DNA of 63,193 nt, filler included, from Choristocarpus tenellus KU-1152 (taxonomy: Eukaryota > Protista > Phaeophyceae): NCBI GenBank assembly GCA_964200185.2. It is 11 parts of 11 records of this genome, joined end to end, with 100 filler letters (N's around TTAATTAATTAA, not from the genome) between each part and the next. Parts side by side here need not be neighbours in the genome. Positions count along the whole stretch, not along the records: positions 20,924 to 30,160 come from CAXNAD020003852.1; positions 30,261 to 39,138 come from CAXNAD020004232.1; positions 39,239 to 42,351 come from CAXNAD020022243.1; 8 more parts are not named here. One strand, written 5' to 3'. Shown one piece after another: positions 25,863 to 39,608 of this stretch. Positions within the stretch are counted from its first letter, which is position 1. Each line of letters starts with the position of its first letter. The position numbers and the translations under genes were made by a program. Under the pieces are notes generated by a model. That model ran no database searches, had not been told where the DNA came from, and saw nothing but the letters and a program-made list of their open reading frames with translations.

Positions 25863-28800
25863 ATCATTAAAAAAGTGTGTTTATCAATCACTACGCTGCT
25901 AACCTGTCCACCCGTGGATATTGGTGCGATTTTGGAGGGTTGAGGAAGGGTTCTGTGGAGTAGTCAGTTCTGTAGAAACTCCTTAAGGGTTACCTTCGAT
26001 CTTGGCAAAAAGTGGTAGTATTATGGGTAACCCAACCGCGAAAGGGGCTACCTGTAAAGAATAGTATATTATCATTGGGTGTATCTTATCATTCCACACC
26101 AATGGTGGTACGATCATGCATATTGCTCAATATCACACCAATACTGCTAGGTCTTTCTGTTCAGATAATGACTCAATTTACTTTCAACCATTCTGTACCT
26201 CGTAAAGACCAAAACGTGGGAGTATACCCTTTTTCTCCTCTCCTCTTTGGCTTGTCATGGTGTGACTCATTACAACTTTCTTGACATCAGAAAAATATAT
26301 GATGTAGGCAGATCTCAGCACTCGATTCAAATGGTATGCACATGCACTTTCATTACTGAATACCTGCACTGGGAGAGGTCAATACCTGATGCCGCCTTTC
26401 CTCTTCTTCAGCCAAAATCAGTTGCAGACAGAACGTCTTTTCTTAATAACCACTTCTTGGTTTCTACATAATACATACAAAATTGATGTAGTATTCTGCA
26501 CGGGGCTGTTCCTGAGTGCAAGGGGCCTCTACGGCTGCCTTCTGTTACCGTGTACTCGTATTCTGGTGAGCGATAATGACTTGAAGGGATGGATGATCGC
26601 CTAATCTACAACCGCAGCCTACCAATGGGGGTTAACTACATTTCGGACATCGGAGGAGGGGTATTAGGAAGAATTTTTGGTAAGTCCCTCATACTCAAAG
26701 GGGTCTCAATCGACCCCTCTAGGATGCTGTTGCTCAGTGGCTAATTCAATTATTTCTCATGTTCCATTACATTTCCGTTTCATTTTGATTCATTCTTGAG
26801 GAGGTACCCTCACCAGCCACCTGATCTGTCTGTTGTTCTATGCAACACGGTTTATGATAATGCCCTCTGATCATAATATGGTTCGGGCTTAGTGTGGTGC
26901 ATGGATGGCCACGAAATTAATTGTTGACAGTTTTAAATTTGAACTTGGTAAAAGTCGTAAGTCATACCAAGGCTTTCATAGTGTGCTACGAAAATCAGAA
27001 ACTTCCTCAGAATTAATTCCTATTGAGCAGTTCGAATGACTTATTATTAATAGTCTTTGGGACCTCAGAACCAATGTGGAAAGATGATCAGAACAAGGCA
27101 AGACAAATCGATTGAGAAAATATATACACAGGAGAAGAAAGAGGAAAGAAAAAGTGTGAAAGAACTCAGTGTATTTCCAAGGGCAATCAAAACCCAGTTA
27201 TAATGTACTGTTGAAGTATCCAACACTTGAGATAGGACCTCAGCACCATCATCACACATCACCAGGTTTTTGGGGGAAGAGGAAGAAAAATATTCCACGG
27301 CCAGAGCAAAAAGCATCCCCTACCTTAATATGCTTTGTCCTCGGCGTAACCCAGTGCCTACCACATTCCATCATCGAAGGAACTGGTCAGTTCAAACCCA
27401 GTCAATATCATATTTCTTTATAAAGAAATCTGTTTTCAATGAACCATGCGGCAAGAACAGTGGAGAGAAGGTAAAACCCGTACGTACCCTCTCGTCTTTT
27501 CCGAAACCACAAAAAAGAGCACATACATGCATTTCTTTTTCAGAATAGTTGTGGTGGGAAGAGGGGTGTCACATTGTGGCGACGAGGCAAGTACTGTGAC
27601 AAGATTCGAGGGAGAAGGCGAAGCGGCAAGCGATGGGACGCTCGAACTCAGCACAGGAGAACATAACAACATACACACAGCGCAACGCAAAACAATCGTT
27701 TGTTGTAAATGCAACAGTCCGTGATACAAGGAGACGCAATGCAATGCAATGCAACGAGTAGTGCCTCTCACCATATAGATCGAGGTAAGGTCCCTATTCA
27801 CACACAAGAAAGAAGAAAAAAAAAGTGAAGGCATTATTTTTAGAAATTACAGATTCGTGCAAAAATCACTACTAAGAGTAATGCAGACCAATCTGACATG
27901 CAAACAGTCTTTTTTATTATTTTTCCCCTGGGACATCTGGAAAATGTCACAAATGTAGGAGGACATAATATATAAATGTAGGCAGGTAATCAACCATACC
28001 CAAAAAATGTTTACAACAGTATGAACAGTATTAATTGTCACATGCCTTGGACTTTGAAGCCTCCAACATAGAACTAAAGTCTCATTAACTGTGTATACAA
28101 CAAACAACAACATGCTAATTATGTTCGGAGTGATAGCATAGTCTAGTTCGTATGTTAGAAACATACTCCTACTACATGTATCCAACATGGTTATCTATAT
28201 TGTTGCAAAACTCTTGCTACTTTGTAACGTAACTGTTAGTAGGTTTTCGCTGTCATTTCTTCAAAATATGTATCATCACAGACCATCGTACAGAGTACTT
28301 CCTAAGGAACCAATCTGTTTCATTCCAAGATCAGAAACCTTTATATGATAGAAACTATTCCTAAGCCATACTGGTATTTGTTTGTTCAGCAAGCCAAAAC
28401 TTGACCAAAAATAAAAATGTCCTTGTTACTTCCTCATACATTGAGCGTATGGGTCATAAAACATTCTTATATCCTACTCTAAGGGGAAGTTTCACAGCAG
28501 ACCGATATGTCAAGACCCTTCTAAAAAAAAGAACTTGGGGGCATTTTCTTCTCCCACCTGACATCACCTATATCTTGAAAATATAAATGGACACACAGGT
28601 ATCAAATGAACAACCTAATTCTCTAAGGTAAATCACTATCGTGCTCCTTCATCACTCCACGAATGTGACCCCTCCAACACTTGTAGACTTTTTTGTACCC
28701 CACTTGTGATCGCAAAAGAAATGTAGTTATGTACACTCTTTAGTTATATACCAGTAGTAGCCACTAACAGCAGAAGTTGCACCAGCACAGGGCTGATTGC

Positions 28801-28869
28801 AGCAATTTAGGGTTCGGGGAAGTTAGGAAATCAGGTCTTACCGCCCACACACATGAGCTACTATACATA

Positions 28870-29733
28870 CTATTCAAGCAAAAACACCAGAAACATGAAA
28901 TAGAGGGGAGATTGCACTTCAGTGAATGCACAAATGCATCCGATTGGATCAATACACAATGATAGGTTGTTCGATTGGTGTGGGTGTTGGTCTTCGCAGC
29001 AAATGCCCTCCTTGTTCATCTCCACATCATGGAAATTTTGACTAGTGAACCAATTGCTCAGATCACCATTCCTTATATCTTCCATCTTGGTATCATGTAT
29101 ACCTTGGTTGATGGACTGGTTGCTTAGATTCACTCGCCTCTTCTTATCCATACTCTTGTCTAGAAAAATAAAAACAGACTAAAATAAAAAAAGGTACTAC
29201 AGTGGTACGTACTACTTTAATGAATAAAAAAATCAACGAGTCCAATCATGAAAAATCAGAGTCTTGCCAACAACACCTCAATCGCCTCCCCCGCTTCTAC
29301 AAAAATGAACTAACCCGATAAGCTACCTGACCGGGGAGCAATGGGGTTACCACACCAACATTAAACCCTCTCCACATCAAAAAAACCCTCTCCAATGATA
29401 CACATCACGTCTATCACAACTCACAAGCAAAAACAAAAACAAACACACACACACACACACAAAACATACGCTACATCCTGTAACACTCCAGTCCAGTCCG
29501 AACCCCTACGTACCAAATGTTACATCTTGTAACTAAATACAAAATAATAACTAGAGATATTCGTGACATTTAGTGACAAAAAAGTGTAGACGTCTCGTTA
29601 CGAATCCACTTGCATTGCCCATCCAGGCTACAAAAAACAAAATGACGAGAAAAGGTACCGTGGATTACTACTCACAAGGAATGGCGCAACAGGGCTTACA
29701 CGCCATCTCCCCGGTCCAGAGGGATGCACCCAT
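28870..29733 (-). CDS. Putative first two exons (29676-29733 and from 29159 downward) of an unknown protein
   Basis: MGASLWTGEMACKPCCAIP + T|GTGAGT donor; T-rich TTTTCTAG|AC acceptor. Phases match, giving YKSMDKKRRVNLSNQ. End of exon 2 is uncertain. Confidence 0.4.
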
Positions 29734-30103
29734 CGCAGGGACATGATTGTGTAACTTTAGGGTTAGGGTTCAACTTTAGGAGGAGCTTCGGAGGGAGGAA
29801 AGAAGGGGGGAGGGAAGAGGGAGGCATACACGAGACAAGCAAGATGAAATGCTGACATGCATGCATTATACACCTCTCCCACGTTCACACAGGCTTCACT
29901 CATCGATGCCCTTCCCATCTTATCCCCCCCTCAAAACCTAGGTGCATGTCTTGATTGTCTTGATCGCAAATCGAACAAGTGACATCCATTCCTGTCCAAC
30001 AGCATCCCTTCCACCCACCACCTCGACAACCAAGGCTCAACTGAAAAAAAATTACCAATCAGAACCACCAAGACCAAAGCCACCCCACCGGTCTGCACAG
30101 CAC

Positions 30104-30140
<37 letters not shown>

Positions 30141-30288
30141 ACCCCCCCCCCCCACCCCCCNNNNNNNNNNNNNNNNNNNNNNNNNNNNNNNNNNNNNNNN
30201 NNNNTTAATTAATTAANNNNNNNNNNNNNNNNNNNNNNNNNNNNNNNNNNNNNNNNNNNNGGGAGGTTGATGTTGATCGGTAAAAAGA

Positions 30289-30338
<50 letters not shown>

Positions 30339-33322
30339 GGGGGGGTCGTACACATCCTATTCACAAATTCAACTAAAAACAAATACAAGGTAATAAAAGC
30401 TATTGAACACACGCTCCCCACTGACAATAATACACACAGAGCTCATGAGGATTGCATTACAAAAAAAACTGAAAGTAAACTATCAATACCCACCCAAAGC
30501 CAAAAACGAGTAAACGCAATACACAAGCCACTAACAATTTCATTGTTCCACTACATCATCTCCACGAAAGCTTGGTTAAATCGCCTATTTATCCAAACCT
30601 AGACCGCTCCCCAGGATCATTTTCCCCTATCACCCCCACTCTCCACTCCCTCCTCTCTCCAACAAACAGGCAGAGCAGAGGGGAGATGATGACAGTCTGC
30701 AGGAAGTAATCAAGACAAACAACTACCCAAGACATAAAAGATCCAAATATAAAAAATGACACTATCCTACAAAAAAACATGAAAAAAAAAAAGAAATGGA
30801 GAAAGGGAACTTAAAAGTACAAAACCTTTAATCACAAAAAATAACACAAATACAGAAAAAACCTACCGAAAAATCCTTCTTTTACGATCTATAACCCAAC
30901 CTTCCTCCTAAACCTTGGTGGGGGGGGAGGTAGGAGGGGGGAGCGGGGAGAACTAATAATGACAAAAACAGCACATCCTGTGACACATGCACCTACATTA
31001 AATGAGTACACAAAGCAGTCCTTTTCAAGGTCACACAAAACAACCTTATCTCAGGCCTGTGGCAACATAAACCTGCAGTCACACACCAGCTTCAACAAGA
31101 CCACAGGCAGTCACAATGAACCCCCCCCCCCCCCCCCCCCCACACAACAAACAAACAAAAAAAAAAAAAAANNNNNNNNNNAAAACAACCCCCCCCCCCC
31201 CCCCCATCAAGAGGAATGTAAACATTCAGTACGTTGCACAGCGCAAACGCCCTCAACACCATAAAAAAAGCAAAAAAAAAATGCAACAACTGATCCAACA
31301 AGATACGGCATCACTACTACCTAGATAATACACTGTACATACAACAAATCAGGCAGAGACTAGACAATTGCTGGCGAGACAGGTGGATGGGAGGAAACCG
31401 CCAATAAAAATATTGAAAACATGGGCGTGACAAGCATGGTGATCACGAAGTGACTGGGCACTGGCAGAGGAGTCATTTCGACGACGGTCCCGAAGGTACG
31501 AGGGTGAGGACCCTCGGTTGCAGTTGTGGCAGCAGCACCCATGAGGAAGTTGAACAGTGCAGGACGAAAAATGTATTCAAAGAGGGAGGAAACAACAGTG
31601 ATAACTACACTCCTCTACCAAACTTATCCTTCTTCACACAAAAAGGAGCATTGAAAAGCGTAACATCGTTTTGACACAGCATAGATCGCAGAGGTTCAAT
31701 ACCATCAAAACAACTTCAACCAACTACACCGGGGGAGATGCATCATCACGTTAACGAACCAAGAGGCATTAAGAATCCATTAAAAAAAGAAAGATGCAAG
31801 ACAGTGAACAGTCTCTGAATGGGGGAGGGTGGGGTGGGGTGACAACAGAACATGCCATACAATAGCATGACATATATGCCTTTTTTTTCTTGCCAGGTCA
31901 AGAAAAAACTAACACACACACACAAGGCAGTAAACAACAAACTAAAACACTCCATACAAAAGAAAGAGCAACAAACACACAACAGTCAACAAAAGAGACA
32001 TCATCGCAAAAAAAAAGATAGCACAAGAGGCACATAGGAGCAAACAATTGCGCACACATGTACCCATCACATCACACTTCATTTCCCACCTTCATCCAAA
32101 CATTAAGACAAGGCAACACATACTACTTCAGCTCTATGTATAACTTCCAAGAGGCGTGAGCTTACAACACACAACCACATTATACTACCTTACGAACCCG
32201 AGCCCTCCCCCCCCCCCCCAAAAAAAAAGAAGTTTCAACCACCGCTCACCGTGCACCACCCTAGCCCTCCTCCTGAACCCTCCACCCTCACCTTCCTCAT
32301 TGCAAAAATAAGGACAACCTACTCAAATAAAAATAAAATACAAATCAGCGGGCGTCTCTAACCCAGAGGAAGGAGAAAAAAAAAGCAATGGTTAACACGT
32401 CCACCATCTAGCCGTTACAACACTCATGAACCCAAGGATAAAACCAAAAACACGCATCCAATCCATCTCCCCTTACCACAATACTCTTGGTGTATCTCCC
32501 TTTCAAAATACACATCACAAAGTCTTTTCTCACCGCAACCACCTCTCAACAAACACGTCACAAAGCCTTCTCTCACCACAACTCCCTCTCCACATATTAA
32601 AACTCTTTCAAACCCCCCTTCAAGCTGTTAATCCCAACCCACCCCCAGACTCCCCATCCTGTACATCACCACCGGTCAGCACCAATGGGAAAAAAAAAAA
32701 AATCTGAACCAAATTACCCAGTCAAATGCTGCATTCCTATCTTATCTACAAAAGATGCAAACCTGTCCGCAAACTACATATCATGAACGAACTGGCTCAA
32801 TTGCCTTCTGCTTGCCCCAACTCAAACAGCTACACAACATTCATCCACATCTACTCACGTCACCTTGTAAAAAAAAAGTCAACAATTAGTTTGAAGTCCC
32901 ACCCTCTATTCGAGTCCCTCCAACAAATGCCTCATCATCTCCAATCTTTCACAAAAAGGAAACAAACAATACCCGCCAGCATTAATCCCCCCCCCCAAAA
33001 AAAAAACACCGCTCCAATACAAAGCAAAAAAAACAGCACACAGTGAAACATTTTAAACACATACCGCATTCCCCCAATATATGTAACCCCACAAAACAGA
33101 TATTCCTTTTTTTTAGACACTTAGGAGTGTGAACAAAAACGTAAGCAAGGATTCGTACAGACCTAGGGTCATTTTTAGGAAAAAAGTACCAACAATCACA
33201 AGAAGCACTTGGGGAGTTATGGAATATACAACAGGTGTATCAGAGATGGAGAGAGAGCAAAGCAGCGTAATTCAGATGATGGGGCTCACAAAGGTATATA
33301 TGGAGATACTATGAAAACATAC

Positions 33323-33458
33323 TTGGAAGTGGATTGAAGGGATGCCGCAGCATCGAGCGCCCTGATCTTGGCAAGGAGGCCACCGGTCCTCGGGGCAGGG
33401 ACTCGCTTCACCACCACAGAGGAGTTCTTAGGTACCATGGAAGTGTCGTTCTTGTACT
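33323..33458 (-). CDS. RBBP6: RBBP6/Mpe1-like protein, exon 2 (end of DWNN domain)
   Basis: EYKNDTSMVPKNSSVVVKRVPA; TTTTTGTAG acceptor and AA|GTATGT donor; phase matches exon 1. Confidence 0.92.
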
Positions 33459-34669
33459 CTACAAAAAAATTAGAGGAGGTGAGGAGGGTGAGAGGGAACA
33501 AGGGTAGGATGAAGGTGGGCAAGAACAGGGGCGTGTTTTCTGTTGATGCCTTGATTTGTCGATTATCCTCGCCTCTTGACAACTCATCACTGACGGCAGT
33601 GGGGCATGGCTTGCATAAAAGAGTATTAAAAAAAAAACACATCACACACAGAGTTGCTGACGAAACGCTGGATGAAAACCACCAAACAATCACAACCAAT
33701 TTCACCCATTTCTTCAGTGGGGTTCAAAATTCGTACTGTAGTTCAAGAATGTCTCAAGAAACAGAGGAAAAGGAAAGGACCTACACCAAAAAGAAACTTG
33801 AAAAAATATATATGCAAAAAAGAAAAAAAGAGAAAAATATATAATTCTATTGTGTACACAGGGGAAAAAGGCTTTTTTCTGTCTCCAACACACTCGAGTT
33901 GTTCTAAACCATCCTTTAGAAAAACATGCCGATATTCAGGGGGCTCAATGTGATAGAAAATCTAAAAAAAGGGTTCCAATGTTACATGAGCAAAACAGCA
34001 AATCTTAAAACTTTTCAATATTTGGTCTACCGTTGGCACAAAGTGGATATGGTGATGTTCATAGTAGCATATTGGATCTATTTTTTTGTTTTACATAATA
34101 AAAATATATGTTAAAAACCTTGCATGGCATGATCATACAAATGAAACAGCGCATGGAGGGGCTATAACAAGGGCATATTACATCGAACCACTCATCTATT
34201 GTTTTGCTCAAAGTCAAACTGCCAAAACCGATCAAACCAACTCAACCCCTTTAATAGAGGCGTGCACTATGTGGGCAGAATGATGAACATATCTCCCCAA
34301 ACAAAACCGTAATACAGTGACATAAAAAAGCACCATTTGGCTAATGATCCTGAGGAAGCACATGTCCTATTATGCCACAAAAAAAATCACGAGTAGTTAG
34401 TTCCCTTTGGCGATATCCTCTTCCCCATCCCTTGTCCTCAAATAGTGCACGGAGTATCTATATAAACAAAGCAGTGCATACTGCCTTCTTCTGGCTACTT
34501 TTGATCTCGAGTCTGGAACCCCTTAATTAATCTGAAAAATAGCGAAAAAAACATACTAATGAAGACGACGGAGTGGCGGACCAAGGGTTTTTGTATCTAC
34601 CATGCTCGTTGTAATATCAAGTGTTCCTTTCCATATTCCTTTTTCCCTTACAAAACATTCTTTTCTCAC

Positions 34670-34841
34670 CTTCCTTCGTCTGATCATTGACTACCGTCAG
34701 ATCGAACTCCATCCCTTGGTGGAGGCGTTTCTGCTCCACAATGGCACGCTTGAGGTCCAAGAGTTTGATGCCCGTCCCAGGAAAGCTGACTGTATCATAT
34801 TCCCTAGCCGATTTGAACTTGAATTTGACGGTTGACGCCAT
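34670..34841 (-). CDS. RBBP6: RBBP6/Mpe1-like protein, exon 1 (DWNN ubiquitin-like domain)
   Basis: MASTVKFKFKSAREYDTVSFPGTGIKLLDLKRAIVEQKRLHQGMEFDLTVVNDQTKE, a typical DWNN N-terminus; G|GTGAGA donor. Confidence 0.93.
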
Positions 34842-35789
34842 GTGGCTCTCTAGATGATATTTTATGTATCTTCCCTCCTTCTGTGGGACCCTTCGTTGTG
34901 GGGGTTCTTCGAGCACTAACTGGGATACTTAAACTCCGGACCTTTCGCTCTCCTGCTTGTTCTTTCTTCTTCACACCAAGCTACACACCAACACTCCACT
35001 CTGCACTACCTCCACTTCTTCACACTTACTCGCACGTCTCCCATTACCTTCTTTTTCAACTATGTCCCGTTCAAGTGGAAGTGGGACACGACAATTGACC
35101 CGGAAAATAGATATTCCAGTACCCACAGCACTGCCTTTCCCGCTCTGCGCAAATCCTTTTCCTACTTTGTTTTGGTCAAGTGCCCAGCGAAGATATCTCG
35201 AGCTCCTTCCTAACCCGAATCAGCCGCGAAGGTAACTTCACCTCGTTGATGAGACTGAAAGCGAGCCACACAGAGAAAGACTTGGCCACTGATATCTCTA
35301 ACAAATTATATAGCTAAGGACCAAAGAACAACAATGTTCCTCGGTGTTGGAAGAAGCTCGCCGCGCCAAAGAGGCTTCTACTTTGGGATGCCTAGACACT
35401 GAGGAGGTATCGACCCCCACGAGATCCGCCTCTGGTCTTCTTCGTCCCCCGTTAGTTAAGAAAGACTGTCCGGCCCAAGCTCGATTGAGACAACGTCGAA
35501 ATATTTAATGATACCCACGGTGATGAGGGAAGGAGCCCCTTACTGTCTTCATTCACGTTCCCCTTCGTTACAGGATGACCCTCCCTTGTCGTTTTGACTT
35601 GAGTAGGTACCGCCCTTCCCCGTTTTTCTTTTTTCTATATATACCTTAACTTGTCTTAGTCTCATAAATATTACCACCACATAATGTTGTACCCTACTTG
35701 ACAAAAACAAAAATCAATCGTTACTATGTAACAATATACCTACAACAAACAAATAGTAGCAGAGGGGATAATAATATAAATTATAATCA

Positions 35790-36090
35790 TAGTAGTAGTG
35801 GTGGTGGTTGTAGTAGTAATAGTAGTAGTAATAGTAGTAGTAACAGTAGTGGTTGTAGTAGTAGTAGTAGTAGTAGTAGTAATAGTAGTAGTAGTAATAG
35901 TAGTAGTAGTAGTAGTAGTAGTAATAGTAGTAGTAATAGTAGTAGTAGTAGTAGTAATAGTAATAGTTGTAGTAATAGTAGTAGTAGTAGTCGTAGTAAT
36001 AGTGGTACTAATAGTAGTGGTTGTAGTAGGAGTAGTAGTAGTAATAGTATTAATAGTGTTCGTAACCGTATAATACGAGTGATAGTTGTC

Positions 36091-36120
<30 letters not shown>
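35790..36120. repeat. Degenerate (AGT)n trinucleotide repeat
   Basis: Read directly; it generates the spurious poly-S and poly-V ORFs. Confidence 0.97.
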
Positions 36121-36122
<2 letters not shown>

Positions 36123-36345
36123 TGGTAGGACAAGTTACAGAATATATAGTAGTGTCAATAAAATAGTAGTGTCAACAATATAAATCTTATGCCTTATACC
36201 TTATGTTGTCGCATGTCCATATGTTGTCATAGTAGTCAGTCTGCCTCAGCAACTTGTCCAATACCCAGACCGATTAGAAGGGTGTATGTAAGAGCAGGAT
36301 CTACGTCTTGGGGAGAGACCTCGTGTTGATCACGAACGTTGAACA

Positions 36346-36554
36346 ATGACGGGGTCAAGGCGCACTGCAGCCGCTGCTGCAGGGGCCCTGGTACTGTTGA
36401 GTGCAGACACCCAGGCGTTCAGCGTGAGGCCGCGAATCGCCTCCAGCTCTTCGGGAAGGCGTTCATGGGGGAAGCGGTGTCTTTCACAAGGAGGTTATGG
36501 AAGTAGAGTTAACATACGATACCAATGGAATACTAGGCCTGGGTTTGGCTTCAG
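36346..36554 (+). CDS. Exon 1 of a putative plastid-targeted protein (bipartite presequence)
   Basis: MTGSRRTAAAAAGALVLLSADTQA-FSVRPRIASSSS: signal peptide, Phe at +1 (ASAFAP-type), Ser/Arg-rich transit peptide. AG|GTATGT donor, phase 2. Confidence 0.8.
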
Positions 36555-37340
36555 GTATGTCATAGATTAGGCGGGGACTCTGCTTTTCGGTCAAGTTGAA
36601 TTGCAGTTGTCATTCAACAATACGTTGCAGTATGCTTCATATAGCTCTGTTGCCCATCTCTTCTTCTGACCCAAGGTTGTTTCTGTCTTGCGATTCTTCA
36701 AACCGAAGAATATTTGCATGTTGACATCTTTATTCTTTCCTCCTGATGTACTGGAGTTAACTCTTGCCCCAAACCCTCTCAGTATGAGTGTTGTGTTTCT
36801 TGCTTCATACCCCTTTGCAGTATGTGCTGCTGATTCGTTGTAAGGACGCCAATATATGCAGCTACATTTATTGTCTTATGCTATTTCTGTGCCCCCTTTT
36901 ATCTTCATGTGCTGTCATGGTCAAGACATGTTTGGTAAAGGTCCGACTGTGAGATTTTTAACTCATCGTCCGTCCTTAGGACAATGTCGTGGATTGTTAG
37001 ATTAACATAGATCAGAAAGCCACCTATAAATGCAATTGTGCCAGTTCCTGTCCAATGTGATAGCAAGCCACGCTTCCTTTGAAGACCAAAAACTTTCTGA
37101 AAGATACAAAATGTCACAAACGCCCTTGAAGACCAAAGATTTGTCGAACCAATGTGTGGTGTTTTGGGGCTGCCTTCAACCACTGTTGGCCCTGCTTGGT
37201 ACTGATTTCGAATCAGTGGAAAGGATCAAAGTGTATGTGATGGTCTGGGAGCCGTTGGGAGCGACTTTTTTTTGTTTATTGTTTGTATGCCTCCCCACCT
37301 CACCATCTGGTTCTTATTCCACGCCGCCACGTTGTGCCAG

Positions 37341-37500
37341 GATGAGTACAGAGGAATCTATGGCAGAGGTAGATGGCGTTGTGCCCTCAGTGGGGGAGCT
37401 GGGCACAACTAAAGCCATGAATGTGGAGGGGGAGGGGTCGCCTGACATGACTGACGAGTCCGAGAAACTTAGACTGACAGCAGAAAAACTCAAGCTGCAG
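37341..37500 (+). CDS. Exon 2 of the putative plastid-targeted protein
   Basis: CCAG|G acceptor in matching phase; RMSTEESMAEV...ESEKLRLTAEKLKLQ|GTATGC, with a coiled-coil-like end. Confidence 0.8.
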
Positions 37501-39279
37501 GTATGCAGTATTATCGTGGATAGGAGGGATATGAAGTTCTTTTCCTGAGCAAGACCTATAAGCCGTTGGTTGCAGTATTCAGTGATGGAATGGTTTAGAG
37601 TTGAACACTGCTTTAAGACGACTTTAGGCAAATGTGGCGTATGTTGGCAAGGGAGAGAAATAAAGAAGCAACCACCCCCAAGTACTTATCAATGTGATAG
37701 CGTGCGCCTCTTGCTTGCATTTCTGTCGCTGGGGTAGGAAATAAATGCTTCACATCCTCAATTATGCTGCGACTGTTCCTTAGGATGTGTGTCATTCTTC
37801 CCAAGAGAGGCGTTTTAATGTTTCTGTTCATTCCGCTACCGTCATAATGCATTAGTCACTGGTTCAAGGACAATTAATGCTGAAACTGGCTTGGTATGGC
37901 ACCTGTTGCTAAGTGCTTCTTTCTCAAATTTCTCACCTCTTATCATGCAATGACCTACAACGTTACTTACTCTATGTCGCACTCCACTACAGGGAGAGTT
38001 GAACGCCACCGCAATACGATACTAATAGTTGGCCTTCCAACTCATTACCAAGCCCTGAGGTTGGCAAAGAGTTGCTGTTCTGTGAGAGTGTGCCTTCGAG
38101 ATCAATAATGTCGCACTGCTGCCGAGGGTGCAGTCTTAGGGACCTGTCAGCTTTTTTAACCTAAGCGTTTTTTTTAACAGAAGTGAGAGACTGGGTTGGA
38201 TGCACGGGGTGAATGCTCTGGGCCGCCACCGTGACGAGCGCCCAAATCGACCTCGCAACGCTCTATGGATCTGTGATGCATTGCCTCATTAATGTGGGAT
38301 GATTCGATCTGATCACCACCGTACTAGCTACTTCCAACCAAGTACACGAGCAGGCAGTAGAGTTCCGATCGTTTATCTCGCAAAAATAAATAAGATAGAA
38401 ATAATACATGCGTCAACTTCTGTCTGTGCAACATAGGAAGGAGTGTGCTGGTGCAAGGCCGCGCCTTCCCGCGATATAGAATAAACTTTTTTAGGTCTTA
38501 GGGAAGATGCGTCCGTCGACCACAGGGCGGTGGCGAGGGAGGGGCCCCTGTGCGCTATCTCTCCCCCAGGGGCCTGACGTAAGACCTTCCGGTAGAGATT
38601 TCCACCTCCATCCGGTGGTGCATTCCGCGGGAGTTTGATTTTCTCAAGGGTTAGGGCTGCTGAAGTTTTCACGCACCTTCTGGTGTGAAATTGAAGGCGC
38701 GAGATGTGTAGACGGAACAAGCAAACTCTTGCTTCCTATTGTATTGCACACATGTATTGTACAGGTACAACAATTTTTTTGTTTTTGTTTTTTGTGCCGT
38801 GTGCAAGTTGCGCCATTGTGTTGTGCGGGGGGGAGTGCTCTCACAGACATACAGCTTTGTTCGCCAAACTCCTTGCTGGCCATGGAGCTATCGCCGTAAG
38901 ACCCGTAGCGTTGATTTGAGCACTTGACCAATTTGTTGCCTTGAAAAGTTAACGATTCTCACGCGTATCTCGTTTGCTGTGTGCACAGTTTGTGAAGTGG
39001 AACAAGAGCTTTTTGTGTGTGGAGTCGATTACTATCACCACGAAAACGCCTCATCTTACAACAGAAAGTAGTCACCCCCCCCCCCCCCCCCCCCACCCCC
39101 TTTATAAAAAGGGGGACCCAAAAAAAAAAAAAAAAAAANNNNNNNNNNNNNNNNNNNNNNNNNNNNNNNNNNNNNNNNNNNNTTAATTAATTAANNNNNN
39201 NNNNNNNNNNNNNNNNNNNNNNNNNNNNNNNNNNNNNNTTCCATTTTTCTTAGGGTTTTTTTTTTGCCCCAAAGGAAAA

Positions 39280-39318
39280 CCTTGGGTTGGCCCCCCCCCC
39301 CCCCAGATACTTTGGGTC
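39280..39318. mobile_element. Family B element end near contig edge
   Basis: Poly-C followed by AGATACTTTGGGTC. Confidence 0.75.
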
Positions 39319-39608
39319 AAAGGAAAGGGGAAAAGGACGATAATTAGGAAGAAGAGGGCGAGAGAAGGTGCTGGACGGATGAGACCCTTCAAACAGCCTT
39401 GTGGTCCTGATTGTAGCGCTTTAGAACCTGGCTTCTTCGCAGACGACTTTGCTTCTGCCACAAAGGGAACATACGCAGCAAATCTGTGTTCATCTACCTC
39501 TAGGTATGACAATGACAATGAAATGTCATCGCATGCTGATGACGATTACGTCATACAGGATGCGGCCAACTCTGGCGGTGCATCCGATATGGGATCACCG
39601 AAGCCTTC

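Noticed and set aside
29757-29770. Telomere-like TTAGGG repeats (also about 7960 and 24677)
   Set aside because: Only about two units each and internal; not telomeres.
29931-31328. Poly-Pro, poly-Gly and poly-Lys ORFs
   Set aside because: Homopolymer runs at low-quality contig ends and gaps.
31360-31560. Possible third RBBP6 exon (QLPHGCCCHNCNRG or MGAAATT frame)
   Set aside because: No AG acceptor at the expected position and no proper CCHC knuckle; the region looks error-prone.
35698-36183. Poly-Ser and poly-Val ORFs
   Set aside because: Products of the (AGT)n repeat.
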